This document shows positions 25,570 through 38,090 of a stretch of 64,000 bases of DNA, piece after piece. The notes below the pieces were generated by a model. That model ran no database searches and was not told the DNA's origin. It saw nothing but the letters and a program-made list of their open reading frames with translations. The stretch spans positions 62,001 to 126,000 of the forward strand of contig RDEW01000043.1 of assembly GCA_011109175.1 (NCBI GenBank). The letters run 5' to 3'. Position 1 is the first letter of the stretch. Each line of letters begins with the position of its first letter. The translations under genes were made by a program, and so were the position numbers. This DNA is from Dicyema japonicum. Its lineage: Eukaryota; Animalia; Dicyemida.

Positions 25570-25684
25570 AATTGAGAAAATAAGTGTTCAATTCTCAAAA
25601 CGGCTCTTATATGGAGTACATTGCATAAGCAGTACTTAAACGACGAAAATATTATGAAATCTAACTTACCTAGAAAACCAAATG

Positions 25685-25830
25685 TAGTTTAGTTAAGCTG
25701 GAGAAGCCACCGGGTCTCACGTGCGTCGTGGCTTTTTATGTAGATAAGCGTCAAGTTTCTTTAGGAAACGAAGCGATTTCCCACTTATTCCACCAGTTGT
25801 CTCGACAACGTGAGTTAAGAAACTAAATGT
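25685..25830 (-). mobile_element. CRE-like 3' fragment (second subfamily)
   Basis: The reverse complement encodes VETTGGISGKSLRFLKKL...HDARETRW-like sequence and is homologous to 19312-19445. Confidence 0.65.
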
Positions 25831-26809
25831 GTTGCATGATTAACCGTCTAATAGACACTTTTATTGAAATTGTGGGTTATTATTTAAAAGTGAGAGTTTT
25901 ATAGTGAAATTTATTCTACGGGGTAACTTGCAAAGCAGAACCAATTATTAGGACATACATAGAATCATATTAACTATCATTCTATATGTGGGACTTCTGA
26001 CAGATGATCCTCTAAATTCTTTCAATTTGGAGCCCGATGAGATTTGAATTTTGAACTTGACAAGGACTGAAGATAAATATTCGACTTTAATGGGGTAATT
26101 CCTCTTTTTTAATTCTTATGAGAGTCAGGAAAATGAGGGATAAAAAAAATCGGAGGCTTTTTACGTTGACTTTGACGTTAAGTGAATGAAATTTTATTAC
26201 TAAGGAATTATGGTTCGTTAAATTGAGAGACAGTTGAAATAACATGGGTTTCGAAGATAGAGTCTTCACTGGGGTCCCTCTCCTAACTATTTTCCGCAAT
26301 AAGTTGAGCATACCAAAAGGGATCACAAGTTATCCTGCAGAAAGCCAATATTCTCTCTTCCACAATCTCTCCTACTGATCTTAGTAGTTTCTTTTGATCT
26401 TTGTTTAATCTCCTATCGGTCTTCATCCAGAGTCAAAAACTTCCGTAAAGTCTTCTGTTGAATGAGTCTTCGATCTTCTTTAGGTTAATTTTCATCCATT
26501 AGTTTCTCATGCGGAACAGGCGTAGCTAATGGTTCAATGAACTGCCCGGATGAACAACATAGTATAAAGCTAAGAGGTTTCCTATCGTGTTTTAACAAAG
26601 TTCAAGTTTCATTGGGGCTAAGTGATGTCAATGAGCATGTAAATGTTCCGTTGTCTCATCAGCTAACTAGCATACTGGACAAATTTGGTATTTTAATTAA
26701 TAAAAACTATGTTAAATTAATATAATTATATTTAATTATTTAATTATTATTATTATTTATTAATAATTAAATAAATGTTTAAAATTATCGATTTATTGAT
26801 TTTGTGGTT

Positions 26810-27282
26810 ATGGTCAAGTCTTTACTTCACAAATTTATTCACAAATTGTTATCAGAAAACAATGCCTGTCTGAAATGGGTAGGAATTAATACATTTAAAA
26901 TCGAAAATATTAATGAATTATCCAGATTATGGGAATAGAAAAGTCAAACCCAACAATGAATGTGGACAAACTAACCAGGTCCCTTAGAACATACTATAAT
27001 GACCCCGCAATTCTGAAGAGAGTTAGCAAAAACACATATCAATTTATTGTTGACTCTTCTAAACCGCTAAATGAAGAGATAAATGAAATGGCTGAGTTAA
27101 ATCCCTATTTTGAAAGAGTAAATGATAATTTTGATGTAATGTTTGGAAGAGTGGAGCAAATGTATCCACCAATGTACAACAGACCGTTAATATATGACCA
27201 TATCTCTGACTTTGATTATTGGGCAAATAATGATTGGTACGCCCCTTTCTACTATGATCCATATTATTATGATTATTATTAA
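26810..27282 (+). CDS. ETS-domain transcription factor (~157 aa), intronless, one frameshift
   Basis: MVKSLLHKFIHKLLSENNACLKWVGINTFKIENINELSRLW|GIEKSNPTMNVDKLTRSLRTYY matches the ETS winged helix. One G is missing from the GGG at ~26931-26933. Confidence 0.85.
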
Positions 27283-27289
27283 ATTTATA

Positions 27290-30200
27290 ATAAAGATTAT
27301 TTTTATACTTTTCGTTAGCTTTGTTGTGGGATTTTGTATGTTTTTTTAAAAAGTCGATTTAATAATTTCTGTTGCTATAGCAACGAGTAAATAGACTTAT
27401 TTTTGTCTGATACAGTTATATTAGTAGTCTGATACAGAAATATTATCTCTAGTCTGATACAAAATATTAGGTTTAGGAAAGTAAGAGAACAAGTCGATTT
27501 TGGTCCTTCCTCAGACAATAGATAATCTATAAGCTTATCGAAAGGCGGTGGGTGGCTACTCTGAGGAAAACCTGCGGTTTCGCAAAACAGCAACCGTATA
27601 GTCAAATGCATAGTTTTAAAGCAAGGAAAATAACAAATTTTTTAAGGTTCAAAAGCGAGAGGTGCCTCAGTTTAGAATCTGAGATGAACAACAAGGAACT
27701 TTTTGGTGCCAACGCACGCATGCTGTTTCGGGTGGAATCTTCTCTTGTGTTTGCTGATGCTGTCTTATTCGATGTTATGTGAGGAACTAACCTCGGCGTT
27801 CAAGGTGAACGCTTCAACATTAAATGCAGGAGACTGAATGCCATAAAGATATATCTACATTTAAAAGATCTCCCTTGATAACGTTAGAGCAGGTTACTTT
27901 AATTTTGGTGCACTATCTGTAGCTATTCGGTGCTAAAAGGTAGGTATGTACGCGGTACTACCAAATGATTTTTTTGTTCAACCCTTGCGCATGCGACATT
28001 GGAATTCTTGAGACGTCTGGGGAATCAGATTTCTAGACGATCAGGAGATCCCCGTGAGCGATGCTCGTTATTTGAGCGAATCTCGTTCGCCATCCTGAGA
28101 GGGAATAGCCATGCAGTCAAGGGGCCGCTATATGACTATTTGTTCAAAATTTTTGTCATAAAGAGTTAACTATTTTAAAAAAGTGAAATTTTCTTTATAA
28201 TTTAAATATTAAAAAACAATTGAGAAATTTGTTTAATTACTTAGCTAATTAATTAATATATTGTTTGCGGTTTTTTGCGGTTTACGTTGCAACAGCGTTG
28301 TAACGGCAAAATCGATTTTGAGCTCATTCTCAACGGTCATATTAATTATCTAAATAATGCACTGCGCAAACTGACCCGATTTAGAATGGTATTTTCAGCT
28401 AAGAAGAAAAGGAAACTTGAAGGAAAAAGACGGGTATTTCAAAAAATGGGAACTAAAGTACATTTGTTCAATATGAACCCCAGAGGATCTCCCTTTACAA
28501 GGTTAGAGTAGGTTACTTTAGTTTTGGTGTACCATCTGTAGCTATTTGGTGCTACAAATGTCACTGATTTGATCGCAAGATCCTTCGATGCAGTTATAAA
28601 GGAAAGCGATTTTTTGCGAGACCCCACATTCATGTTAGGCCTGGCATTCCAATTTAGCCTGTCAAGTACCTTAATTGTTGTTACTAGGGACAAAGGGCAG
28701 ATATGTAAGTTTACGCTATATCAGAATGTCATAGAAGACGACGTTCGACTTCCTCTGTGGCCGGTGCTGATTTACTGTACGAAACAACTGTAATGCTACC
28801 ACTTACTTAAACTCCTTGGGACATCACTTTATGATACAGGTCAGGGATAGATCCGAAATGATGTTCTACGTCGTTGAAAGTCACACCAAGGTAGCTCGTC
28901 CGCCCAGTGACCTCTATAAGTACCTATAGATAGTCACTTTAGGTATTACATAGTTAGACCGCTTAGGGCGGTCAAAGACTAACAACCTGCACTTCTCCGG
29001 CCTCAGTCTGAGTCCTTTGCTCTCACATCAGCGTATGATTTCATCTACGGCGACTTGCATCCTCCGACACGTTACATCTGGTCTCCACGAGTGATCCCAG
29101 AGTACTAGACAGCCAACTCCGTCCTCACATTGGCTGGGTGAGGGAGTGTTGACAAGTATATTTTAAAAAGGGTTGGGCTCAAAACCGACCCTTGTGGAAC
29201 TCTCCGGTTAGATTTAAACAAACTGTATCGGCAACCTTTTATGCCTTACGTAGTTCGTCCGATCCTCTAAGAAGCTGGATAACCAACTCCTTAGTTCCAG
29301 GGGAATTCCTCCTCCAACGAGGGCGCATCGGAGGCAGTTATGCCAGACCGAGTCGAACGCTTTCTCCACATCCAGGAACAGTGCGGCTGTGCACTTGCCT
29401 CAGACTCCTGTGGTTGCGAATCTGAGAGCTCAACCTCCAAAGGCAGTCCCCACAGGAACGCCCCTCACGGAATCCCATCTGAAGGTCCGAGAGGGTGTCT
29501 CTTATTATGCAATCCTGGGTTAACCTCTGGTGTATCACTATCTCTAAGATTTTAGCAACCGCAGGCAACAGGCTTATAGGGCAGTAGCTACTAGGATCAT
29601 CAAGAGGTTTTCCTGGTTTCTTTACAACAACCAGTTCCGCTTCCTCCCAACGCCTAGGCACGTAACCCAACCTGAGGCTACCGTCATACAACCCTTCCAA
29701 GCCCGCCAGCAGGCTTGCAGGCCTTTTTTGAAAAGGGCCATGGGAATCTTGTCCTGGCCCGGTTATGATAAAGATTATTTTTATACTTGTTGTTAGCTTT
29801 GTTGTGGGTTTTTGATACTTTTTTTAAAAGTCGATTTAATAATTTCTGTTGCTATAGCAACATGTAAATAGACTTATTTTTGTTTATATCTCTAGTGCTT
29901 AGAAATATTAGGTTGGGCAAACTGCGAGAACAAAAATGCATAAAGATGTACCTACATTCGGAAGAAGAACCAGAGAGGAATCTCCTTGACAATGTTGAGT
30001 AGGTTAATTTAGTTTTGGTTTGCTATCTGTAGCTATCCAGTGCTACAGATAAGTAAGTACGGCGGTCCTACCCAATTAATTTTTTGATTGTTTTACACGT
30101 GTTGAGACGTCCTGTTCCTTTGTGCCTCTGACGTTGGAATTCTTGAGTCGTCTGGGGATTCGAATTTCTACATAATGATCAGGAGATCCCCGTGAGCGAT

Positions 30201-30445
30201 GCTTGTTATTTAAGCGAATCTCGCTCGCCATCCTGAGAAGGAATAGCCATGCAGTCACGGCCGCTATATGACTATTTGCTCGCTTTTTTCTGTAATAAAT
30301 TGTTCAATATTTCTAAAAAATTAAAATTCTCTTTATAATAGGAATATTAAAAATTTTAATTTCTTAATTAAGCTAAGCTATTATCTAATGAATATTTTTT
30401 GCGGTTTTACGTTGCAACGGCGTTGTAACGGCGAAATCGATTTTT
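27290..30445 (+). repeat. Local segmental duplication: 27290-28320 vs 29765-30445
   Basis: Both copies show the same order: ETS 3' flank (ataaagattatttttatactt...gttgctatagcaac), LINE 3' end (-), CRE 3' end (28010 and 30140), then MITE half ttttgcggttt..acgttgcaac. Confidence 0.8.
28445..29760 (-). mobile_element. I/R1/Jockey-group LINE 3' part (RT to 3'UTR)
   Basis: VPRRWEEAELVVVKKPGKPLDDPSSYCPISLLPAVAKILE...QMGFREGRSC. The terminal HQIATDGTPKLK* and 3'UTR also occur at 27840-27960 and 29935-30070. Confidence 0.8.
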
Positions 30446-30449
30446 ACAA

Positions 30450-31090
30450 AAATAGAGCAAGTCAATGTCTATTACTGCAAGCTTTGAACTCAGCCAAATG
30501 ATCGTCATGAGTAGTAAATCTACGATGAAAGAGATTTCAGAAAGCATTGCATGGCAAAATGGCTGATTTTGTGTTCCCACAGAAAACACAGTTTTTTTAA
30601 GGACATTTCATGACCAGGAAATGTTTGTTTCTGGATAGATCAATGAACTGGCGGATGATTCGAAAATAACAGTTGAAGGCTGCATCATCTAAATTTGAAC
30701 ACTTTTCTATTCCTATTGATGAGACCGTTGACATCACCTGAATAGCACAGCTTGCAGTTTTTTATCAGAGCCTATGAAAATGAATTTAATATTGATGGAG
30801 AACAGATTGAAGTGATTCAAATGCATGACACTACAACAAACGAAGACATTTTTGAAGAAGCGTAACATATTCAGCATGACTTGATTTTGATTTGAGTAAA
30901 ATTGCATGTTTATCTGATTCTGTTACGAATATGGTTTGCAGACACAATGGTGTTGCTGCCAGTTTCCAAACAAAATTTGGGAACTTTTAACCTGATTCTT
31001 CATTTGCATATTTTCACTGCATTATTCATCAGAAAAAATGTGCTCAATTACTTTAAAATTGACTCTGTGGTCACAAAGGAAATTTTCTCA
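30450..31090 (+). mobile_element. hAT (GTF2IRD2/Charlie-Buster-like) transposase remnant
   Basis: The frameshifted translation gives FSIPIDETVDIT.IAQLAVF, DLSKIACL and FHCIIHQ. Confidence 0.8.
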
Positions 31091-32319
31091 GCCATCAGTA
31101 ATTCAGTCAGCTGCTAGAAGACTTATATTTATCGTTGTGGAGAGTTAGCGTAATATAGCCGCTGTAGTAGGTTTGCAACAACCGTGGACCTAGGACCTTA
31201 TGAACTTATTCCACCTTGCCATTTGATGGAAGTGAACCTTTTTTGGAAACTCATGGAGGTGAACCAAAATATCATCATGACTCTCAATACTTTATATGAA
31301 TTTTTGGAATGGTAAAATGCAGGAGAATCGCTTAAAGTAAGAAATTGATGTGTGTGATTGGTTTTATAAATTTATCTTTTAAATCGGTTACTCCTTCCTG
31401 TTTTTAAAAGTTTATTAAAGTTAGCAACAAATTTAAAATTATACTCAACGCAATCATATTCGTACAGCAGACTGATCAGACTGCTCAGTATTGAAATGGT
31501 TATGGGACACCACGTGTATTGACTCTTTTTTACAAATATTTTGCGAGTGTAGTAAATACATTGCGAAGAAAGTCTGGGATTAATAAATACGAAGGCTCCT
31601 CAGTTGGTTCAAGTACCACGCAATTTGTGTTAAGACTACGGAGGTATAAGCAGGAAGTCCTTGTCTTTTCTCGTCTGGCTACAGTAAGGAGCCTTGAAGT
31701 CTCTGTTCGTTGCTATCTTGAGAGATATAAATTATGTCGACGGGAATTAATTATTTATTTAAATTAATAGTTAGAATCAATAAATGTTTTTGGTTTAAAT
31801 AAAATTGTCTACATTTTATAAAGTCGAGATTTATTATTATTATTAAAAACCAAAAATCACCGACAAATTAAAAAACTACATCAGGTGATTCCGGCCGCCT
31901 CGAGTAGCCATCTCGGATTGGGCGGGGGTTTCTAACTTTTTTGGAGAGTAGTAAGGCTCCGGTTTTCCTCACTAAGTCCTCAAAAGGTGTAGGGTTTAGA
32001 GGTGTCCAAGAAAACCTTTGCAAAGCCTTACTGGCTATTTTTTGGAAGGTATTGATTTTTTTCTATATTCCTGTTTGATAGGTTGGTTCCCCATGCAGCA
32101 CACCTGTACGTTAGAGACGGTTGAATATACTGCACGTAGAGCGAGTCCAAATTTGAGTTGAAACACCCATTATATTGTCCAAGGAGTGTTTTAACAAAAT
32201 TTAGCTTTTGTTGTGTCGAAGATTTAGTAAATTTTATTAATTTTTTATTAATTTATTTATTAATTTTATTTATTATAATATAAAATAAAATATTATCAAA
32301 TTTGATTATTCTAAAATAA

Positions 32320-33181
32320 ATGTACAATTTCGTTATCTTAAACGCTTTATTTAACTACGCAACTATGGTAAAGAATTGCAAAAGTGTGTTAACAAATCAG
32401 TATAATCAATTGTATTGTCAATATAATCAATTATCACAGAAATTGGGAGGATTGTGAATATGATGAAACTTATGGAGAACAGTACAGTTCGTTGATTGAT
32501 GCAGTTAATGTTCGTAACATAACTCTACAGTCGGGAGCTATTTTTTCAATAATGAATTTGAGAGTAAATCATTTGTATTTCAATATTATACATTCATAGT
32601 TCATGTTCAAATGATTATAGCATAGAAACCATGAACTATTATACCTTTCCCGACACTATTCGATTGATGTTTCATTTTTTAAATTATTAGAATTTTGACA
32701 AACTGTCACTCACTCTCATTCCTGGGAATAGACTTTGCGATTCGTTTAGCATTTCTTGAAGCGATGTATTTATATCATTCATGCATAGTTATTTTCCTGA
32801 GGAATCTATAATACAGTCATTTGTGGTAGGTTCCGCGTTTGTTCACCTAAACAAGTATTTTTAAAATTAAATTAGAATATCAATATTGTGCATTGATGCA
32901 ATATATAATCCTAAAGCGTATGGTATCCCATTTAGTTTAGGTTTGAACCTATTTACCATGAAAACTTGTTATATATTACCATATTCAGAAATAACAGCTT
33001 GTATGTGCTTGATAATAATATATTTAGAGAAAGACACTCACCCGCAGATCGGAGATGTAATTTTAAGTATTATTTCAGTTTGCAGCGCTATATCTCAAAA
33101 AGACAATACGCTCGGTCTTTGTGGAAAATAATTAGTAATTTATATGTTAGGATGTTTACTTTCAGGAATAATATTTGTTAA
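32320..33181 (+). CDS. LRR-like extracellular protein with seven consecutive phase-2 micro-introns; 3' end unresolved
   Basis: Removing introns 32412-32439, 32575-32599, 32669-32690, 32766-32788, 32855-32875, 32918-32940 and 33001-33027 gives one ORF, including IRLIILTNCHSLSFLG, LEAIYFPEESIIQSFVVGSAFVHLNKISILCID and NLLYITIFRNNSL. Confidence 0.6.
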
Positions 33182-33189
33182 TTTATTCA

Positions 33190-33600
33190 ATAGAATTATT
33201 CATTACAATTCAAGTTGCATGATTGAAGATTCTGTTCCTCCTCTTCCTTTTTTACTAGAGTGGAGTCATGTGATCCACTTGTCTCAGGTGATTCCCATGT
33301 AAGAGGATCATTTTCTCTCACCCACTTCACTGAAGGGGTTTCCAAAATTTCAAGGAATGGACGTCTTCCATCTTTATGTTGGTTGTGGATGGGCTTGTAT
33401 GATTTTGTAAGGACTCTATGTTCCATGGATCTAATTGCTGATAACCGAGTTTATCACAATCTTTTCCTTATCCATTCTCTCCATATTGGAATCAGGTATT
33501 TCTTTTTTCGGCATCCAATGGATACCCTTACAATTTACACTTGCCAGTCCTCAAGTTGGTGACAAATGAAATTTTCATTGGAGACCTTAATCCCGTCCTT
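33190..33600 (-). mobile_element. Probable R4-like RLE 3' fragment
   Basis: Weak match: FFLLVEDKD...W.V.IVRVSIGC resembles the endonuclease C-terminus. Confidence 0.35.
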
Positions 33601-33894
33601 GTCCTCAACCAACAAAAAGAACAATAACTTTATCACGTATAAATGATAATAATTATATGTAGATAATTAATAAGAAAATATATTGTTAAATTCATTTTTG
33701 AGTATGAAATTAATTCTGAATAATATAATAATGCAATAATTCATCTTTAAATATTTAATTTGATACAAATAACAAAACACACCATTAATAATGATAACAG
33801 CCTTTTCACGAGAGCCAAAATATTTGTAGCTCCGCATAGGCAGGACACACACTTTATTTACGTAAAGAACAGTTAATTTTAACTAATTGTAAAA

Positions 33895-34106
33895 CCAAGG
33901 AATGATCTTCACTTCTTTTTTTCTTTTTCTTGTGTGTGGGTCCTTTTTAGACATTCCAGTTCACAGTGAGTATCCACTGATAAAAGCGTCACTCGTCAAA
34001 CCCTTTTAGCATCGTAGATGCGTGGAACCTTCCACCAGGTGAACAGCAGTGAGAATCGAACCCGTAACATAAGTCACTTTAACTCGACACCTAACCACTA
34101 TGCCAA
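33895..34106 (-). mobile_element. tRNA-derived SINE copy
   Basis: The reverse complement has A box TGGCATAGTGG, B box GGGTTCGATTCTC, the shared body gaaggttccacgcatctacgatgct...gacgagtgacgc and the tail agaagtgaagatcattccttgg. Confidence 0.75.
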
Positions 34107-34198
34107 CAAAACGCACCATTAATACTAAAATTTTCCAGCAATCTCATCTATTCAATAAAAATATATTTAAGTAATGTGAACCGTTCTAAATGAGGTTA

Positions 34199-37100
34199 GG
34201 CTGAGAAAGAGCCGCAAAATCGATTTTACTGTAAAAGCCGTTTAATGTATAACCGAAAGTTAACGTTAATCGGTTTAGACGGTTAAATCTGAGCCGTTAA
34301 TTAACAATCAACAATAATTTAACAACAAGTTACGGAATAAGTACTATCAGTCCGCCAGCTGGCCTTGACTGTTCATCCCGGTATCCCTCTTTCCTTGTTA
34401 ATCGCCCTTCTACTGGTCTTGGAAGTTTCACGTCCTAATTTCAATATCTTCCCTGACTGGCCTGACAAGTTAGTTCTTTTTCTCAGTCAGGCCTATGTAT
34501 AATTTCTTCCCAAGTGTAGTTTGATCGCCGCTCGCCTTGTTTTCTCAAGTCTAGCGAGGATCCTCTCCCTCGAGGGGTTGTAAAACCATCACTCGCTTCC
34601 ATAGATAAGTCTTGGAAGAATCACATTCCGAAAAACAAAAATGGTACACCATCCAACTTTAGGCTTCTAGTGCAGAACAATGCTTGCACAGTTTTCTTTT
34701 TCCGCTCTTCGACGTACTTCAGATATGATCCTTTCCCATCAACTACAATTCCAAGGCATTTCAGAGACAAAAATCTCAGTATGCGAATAGTGGAAGGCTC
34801 TTCGTGATGCCTACTCAGCCTGCTTATCCGTAAATAGCTGGACTTTTCCGTGGAGAATCTCAGGCTCTCCGATTACATTAATCCTGGACTTTGTCGACAA
34901 AAGCTCCTAGTCTCTGCTCTGAAAGGTATGCCCTCAAAGACGAATCAAGATTAAAATGTCATCAGCGTAATTATCAGCTTGGTCCTGACGTCTAGCGGTG
35001 ACGGAAAATCTTCCATAAATACGTTGAATAACAGGGCTTAAAATAGATCCCTGTGGACTCCCCTTTCAAACGATATACCATCAGAATATCTTCCACCGGC
35101 TACCATGTAAGATATCCTCCCAGTCAAATAGTCCTTCAACCATAGGAACATTTGTTTGATATCTTAGATCGTACAAGTTGAATAAATAAGGCTTCCATAC
35201 ACTGTCGAACGCCTTCGAGATTTCAAGGCAAACAAAGCTTAACTGACTTTTCTTCTAAATCCATTTGTAATTTCGTAATTTAGTGATTATATACAATTTC
35301 CACACGATCTTCCCGGACGAAAACCCATTGGTAAGGTCGTAGAAAGTTACTCTCTTCCATATGACGATTCAATCTCTTGAATACAATCCGTTCCATAATC
35401 TTTGATGTAGAACATGTAAGGCTTATTGGTCTATAACTAAGAGGATCCTTCCTCGACTTTCCAGGTTTGAGGATCATCTTCACAATAGAACGCTTCCATA
35501 ACGGAGGAACATGTCCGAGCTTAAAATTCGAGTTATATATTTTTTAGAATAAATAGTAGTTCATCGGACCCTTCTTTAAACATAATCATGGAATGCTGTC
35601 AAATCCAGGAGTCTTGTTCTTGCACTCGCGTATAGCAGTTCTGACTTCTGCCAGAGTGATATCCTCTCCCAAACTTTCCAGCTCGCCCATAGAGTAATAA
35701 ATAAAATTAGATATCTCCTCTGAAAACTTCTCAGGTAAGAGGATCAACTCCCTGTATATCCTCGAGCTGCTTCCTGAACACCGAAGGTACTCTTTCCAAA
35801 GGAATTGTCCTTCCCTCATGGTCGGCCAGCACAATACTCTTCGCCTTTAAATTTCCATTAGTAAGCCTTCTGTACATTTTCCAGAAACAAGGGTTTTTCC
35901 AGTTAACTTTTGAGGCTGCATTTTTCAATTTATCTTCCGCAACTACTTTCCATGCTCTTTCCAGTAATTTTTGAATCACAGAAATTTTGCTTTTCAGAGT
36001 TGTCCTGTCCCACAAATCCACACATCGTCTAAGCTTAGCCTTCAGACTATTATCTCGCAATAAGATTCTGTATCATAGGTGGGCAAGACTGTTTGTTGTT
36101 CGGAACACTCTTGGAATAGACCTTCTTTCCATACAATCGCAGATACACCAGCATAATATTAGATAGTTCCCAGTTAAAAACGTCCAGCTCCTCAGGTGTA
36201 GAAAAAGAATTAGTCTTCATTCGTAAGGTCTTCGACAAATAAAAACGATAATGTTCCCAGTCTATCGACGAAGTATCATAATTTATGAAAATATCTTCAA
36301 CAATATTCGGCTCCAGGTTTGTAGTCACCTCCTATATCCCAAAGTATTCTTGGTCTGTCCACATGATCTAGAAGTTATGGAGACACTAGGACTAATCTCA
36401 GCATATCACCGCCATAGTGTGAGAAATGGTTAGGTTCTTCAGACGTCAAGAATTCAACTCCAATTTCGCTAACCAGATCTGCTGGAGTCGCCCATTCCCG
36501 TTGTTTTTGCAACATCCGTAACTCGTATTCTTAGCATTCAAGTCTCCTACCAAAATCCACATCGGGTTTCTTTCGAAGAACTCACCAATTTTTGCAGAAG
36601 ATCGGGCCAAGTCCTTAGAGTATATGTCCCTCCACATTGTACATTGAAGGACACGAATTCCGAATCGGCGACCAATAAAATAGAATCATTTCGTGTTTGC
36701 AATTCTTTAAGAAAAAAGATCGAACTGAATATGTGATATATTGGTCCTCTTATCTCTTGTGTTGGCTTGACTGTTTCCTTTCTAGACTCTGTCTTTATGG
36801 GGATCATTTTCTTGGATGCCTTCTTCATAGCAGGACATCCTCTGTAACGGGCATTATGCCCTGGTCATCCACAATTAATACGATTTGTCTTCACGTCTGG
36901 AAAAAATTCACACACAACAAGGTCGTGTTCCCCTCCACATTTGAGGCACCTCTTCTTCTCCTTGCAATGCGCGACGATGTGACCAATTCGTTCACAATTG
37001 TAGCAGATAGGAGGGGGCCTCCTCATCCATTCACAGGAGATCTTGTTCGTTCCAATGTAGAAGCCACAACGTATTAGCGATGTGGCCTCCGCTTTACTAT

Positions 37101-37823
37101 TAATCGAGGCCTTCACCATTGGCATGGGCTGTGATCCTCTGGACATTCGGGTAACTTTTGTAGTTGAGGGAGCTATCTCCTGGAGGTAGTCCAAGAGGTC
37201 GTCTTCCTTGACCCAGAAAAATAGATTCTTGAAGACAATCTCAGACGGTTTTGTTGAAAGTGTTCTGAATCGGTGGTTGTCCAGACCAAAGGGACAGTTC
37301 TCATTCACGGCTTCCATATAGGTGGTCATGTAGGGGTTGTCTCGGAAATCCAGTCGGAAGGAGCCCGATCCTCTGTGGCTCATCCTCATACATCCGTACT
37401 GGTCATAGAGGTATAGAATGTTCGCGATCCTTATCGCACTAGTAGCTGAATTGACTGTTATCAATAGAGACGAGTTGTCTGTGGGGTTAGCTTTTATGGG
37501 TTCGTTTGCTTGTTTGGCCATTTCTGAGAAGTCGTGTTTCATAAGTTCATTGGCAGGTTTAGCAGCTTTCGTCTCGCACGGCGTTTTGTTGTCCAATGTG
37601 AAGGAATCAGCCATAGCAGTTCCTGGAGGACGAGAAGAGCCGCTGGTTTTCATTGTTGCAACTTTTGTTGTCATTGTTGCTCGTTTAGATCCTTTCGTAC
37701 TAGCTTTTTGCACCATTTCCTTTTTTGAGCCGTTAAATACTTAGCTAACTAATATATTTTTGCGGTTTTATGTCGCAACGGAGTTGCAACGGCAAAGTCG
37801 ATTTTTGCGGCTCTTTCTCAACC
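34199..37823. mobile_element. ~200-bp MITE split by a LINE insertion
   Basis: GGCTGAGAAAGAGCCGCAAAATCGA (34199-34223) and TCGATTTTTGCGGCTCTTTCTCAACC (37798-37823) are inverted repeats. Half copies occur at ~28245-28340 and ~30385-30445. Confidence 0.65.
34301..37725 (-). mobile_element. Near full-length Jockey/I-group LINE (ORF1 gag + ORF2 APE-RT) with 11-bp TSD
   Basis: TGAGCCGTTAA occurs at 34290-34300 and 37726-37736. ORF1 (36865-37716) has the zinc knuckle CYNCERIGHIVAHC. ORF2 has ILVGDLNA, KTPGFDSIP, SYRPISLTCSTSKIMER, GVPQGS-like and NYADDI motifs, broken by frameshifts. Confidence 0.9.
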
Positions 37824-37889
37824 GGTCATAAGTAATAAGAACGTCATATTCACATTTTATTAAATTTATTTTGAAAAATAAAATAAAGT

Positions 37890-38090
37890 CTTACAGCGAT
37901 TGTCCTTACGTAGCTATTCCCTCTGAGGATGACGAGCAAGATTCTCTCAAATAGCCAGCAGCACCCATGGAGATTTCCTGTTCGTGTAGAAATCCGATTT
38001 CCTAAACGACTCAAGAATCCAGCGTCGCAGGCGCAAGAAAACCAAACGTTTCAATTTCGGGCGAAATAAACAACTTTCCCTTTTGACCTC
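37890..38090 (-). mobile_element. CRE-like 3'-end fragment
   Basis: The reverse complement encodes IETFGFLAPATL...WLFERILLVILRGNSYV. Confidence 0.7.

Noticed and set aside
9195-25830. SINE-like element made from the CRE 3' end with a shared 5' boundary
   Set aside because: The three copies have different 5' boundaries (the 25830 copy extends further), consistent with ordinary 5' truncation.
27840-30070. Three copies of a ~100-bp element with hairpin atctgtagc...gctacagat, suspected structured ncRNA
   Set aside because: On the minus strand it is the ORF2 C-terminus (H.IATD..PKL.*) plus 3'UTR of the LINE at 28445-29760.
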